A DNA stretch of 64,000 nucleotides, from assembly GCA_030704615.1 (NCBI GenBank), contig CM060734.1, positions 558,001 to 622,000 on the forward strand. Direction: 5' to 3'. The notes under the pieces were generated by a model. That model saw nothing but the letters and a program-made list of their open reading frames with translations. It ran no database searches and had not been told where the DNA came from. Shown one piece after another: positions 61,556 to 64,000 of this stretch; the stretch's first letter is position 1; the number at the start of each line of letters is the position of its first letter. This DNA comes from Takakia lepidozioides (taxonomy: Eukaryota; Plantae; Bryophyta). The position numbers and the translations under genes were made by a program.

Positions 61556-64000
61556 TCCGGATACTGCCACACAATAGGTGTGGTGTCCTATGGAGACAAC
61601 TGAGGTGAACCTGGTGCAATCCCTGCACTCTCCTCCTCTCCTGATGGTACAAAAGCCTCTACCCAGGCAAGTTGTACCCGTCGATCAGCCACCTGCTGCA
61701 AATCCTTGCTCGTGCCCCACAATGGAGTCTAAGCAACCATGGCAGACAACTCCACCATACCATACATGTCATCCTACTCTCTTGGAGGTGTATCATCCTC
61801 TGAATGAGCGTTGCCTTCTAGCAACTCTCCAGGCCAAGTCACTACAGCTGTGAATGCTGCTAGTGTCGGCATCTTGCCTCGCTTCAGCAACTAGTGACAC
61901 CTCCGTATTGACAAACTGTCACTCAACCGGTCATGAACATGTCCCTAACCCCCTCTCCACAAGGTAACCGGGTAGAGAACTTGTTGCGGCTTATGGTTTG
62001 GAATACTAGGTTCTTAACATAGCCTACACCTGCACCTGCATCCACCGCAAGCACTCCTATGGTTGGCTGGTCATCACCTCCAACCTCACCACAGGAGAAA
62101 CAATGATGGTCTGACTGGTCATCACCCCAGCCTTACCATCGACAACATGCTCTAGGACTGGCCGGTGATAAAATCCGGACCAATCATCTATAAAAACAAG
62201 CCCACACAAAACTAACATGGCGCACAGTCAAGCATGCAGGTATGGAGAGGATCCAAACACAAGAAATCATAACGACAACTCTCCCACACCAAAAACAACT
62301 TCACGGTGTTGCTCCTGCAAAGACAACCCAGCCCAAACCTGGACTGACTCTTGCCTCCACCTACGGAAATGTCTTGGCCTAATGAGAGGGTGGAAAACTA
62401 CGAGGAAGAGAAGCTAAAGCAATGCCTAACCCCAGCATGCCCTCATCCCAACACTCTTTCTCTCCTCTCTTCCCTCACTTGCATGACCATGGGAATATCA
62501 TGAAGATACTCCTCAAATTGCCCTCCACGAGCTTCGAAATTTGGCCTTCAAGACCATATGCTAGTCCTCAGGCAGTCCACCAGTGCCTCCACGAGTCAGT
62601 ACAGGCCGTCCACAGGTCAACACGGGCCACCACAGACCAGCACAGACCCACACAGATCACAGGTCACAGCCGTCACAGCCCCACACAGGCCACAGCCCCA
62701 CAGCCCATCACAGCCCATCACAGCCCCAAAGGCCATAGGGCACAGCCTGTCACTGCCAGTCACAGTCCGTCACAGCCCATCACAGCCCCACAGGCCACAG
62801 GTCACATCCATCACAGCCCTACACAGGTGACAGGGTCACAGCATTACACGTCACAGCCTCACACAGCCACAGTCACAGGTCACAGCCTGCCACAGCCGTC
62901 ACAGCCCCACAGGCCACCTGTCGCAGCCGGTCACAGCCCCAAGGCCACATGGCACACAGCCTGTCACAGCACGTCACAGCCCATCACAGCCCCACAGGCC
63001 AAAGGTCACAGCCTGTCACAGTCCGTCACAGCCCCACAGGCCACAGGTCACAGCCTGTCACAGCCCCAAAGGCCACAGGGCACAACCAGTCACAGTCCGT
63101 CACAGCCCATCACAGCCCCACAGGCCACAGCCTGTCACAGCCCATCACAGTCCCATCCATGGCCGTTCATGGCAGTTTAGCCGTTTCTCCAAAGGGTTTA
63201 GCCACGCCAAGCTAGGGTTTGTGTCTCTTGGACTCTAGGCTTCTTTGCACCGAGCTATGGCGGCTGTGAGGAAATCAGCAAGGTATTCTTGCTCTTTATG
63301 GCTCCTACACACCACCAATAGTAGCTCTAACTCCAAAGGAAGATGTTTGCAACCAAAACTAAGTGCACAAGCTTCATTTTAACTCACAAAACAGTGCCAT
63401 TGATCCCTAAGGCGACTAACCAAACATGGCTGACTTCCAGCCCTTGTAGGCACTTATTCACGTGCTTTTCTTGATCATAGCACGCCCCTTCACACCTAAT
63501 CCAGCCCCTGCACCTGCTGCTTCAAGAGTTGTGCTCCCTTCAAGCTTGAAGTTGAAATCCCAACTCACATATGCCCTATAAGTGTTTTTCTTTCACCCCA
63601 AGTGGAAACCAGCCCTAGCCCTTCCATTCTAGCTCTCTAAAGCTTGAAAACAAGAGCCTCAATGTGCTGAAGGCATGCTCCACACATGCCCCACTCTCAC
63701 CATAAGAGAATCAGCTCCTTTGCTTCTTTTCTTGCACCCACAAACTTAAAAATACAAGCTTCAGCGGACTGAAAACATGCTCCACAGATGCCCTACAGGG
63801 AAACCAGCCCCTTCCTTCCTTTCTTGAACTCCCAGACCTGAAAGTACAAGCCTTTAACAGGCTGAAAGCATGCTCCACACATGCATTGCCCTCACATAAG
63901 GGAAGTCAGCCCTTCCCTCTTCTTTGCTTGCCCTCCAAGCTTGAAGATGGAAGCTTCAATGGGCTGAATGCATGCTCCACACATGCATCCCCTTCACACA

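Larger units (their letters stand above)
57351..64000 (-). mobile_element. DNMT-Gypsy copy 3, internally deleted (leader, DNMT, IN, PHD, PPT, single B repeat at 57351-57514); extends past the window
   Basis: Reverse-complement homology to copies 1 and 2. Deletion junctions at about 61885, 60182 and 60150. Confidence 0.92.

Overview
Repeat-rich eukaryotic nuclear DNA, most likely from a non-seed land plant (PLS-type PPR fragments, plastid-targeted genes, spliceosomal introns). Host genes: a 4-exon AAC4-like gene whose first intron holds two LINEs (40200-50342, +), the ferredoxin-thioredoxin reductase variable chain (52099-52650, +), and the 3' half of an intron-containing lycopene beta-cyclase (54454-56477, -). 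The rest is nested transposons: a Pack-CACTA carrying SF3B4, OSB and PPR fragments, two RTE/RTEX-like LINE families, and L1, Copia and other Gypsy relics. The standout is a Ty3/Gypsy family present as three partial copies (2238-10920 +, 33938-37826 +, 57351-64000 -). Together they reconstruct Gag-PR-[DNMT3-like C5 cytosine methyltransferase]-RT-RNaseH-IN-[PHD finger]. The family also has an apparent self-priming PBS and split/permuted terminal repeats (A...B and A...B-A-B, with a GACAGCTGTC palindrome at the B|A junction), which suggests integration from circular intermediates. Many 1-nt deletions, including in host genes, may be assembly errors, so the apparent frameshifts need caution. All family assignments come from motif recognition; no searches were run.
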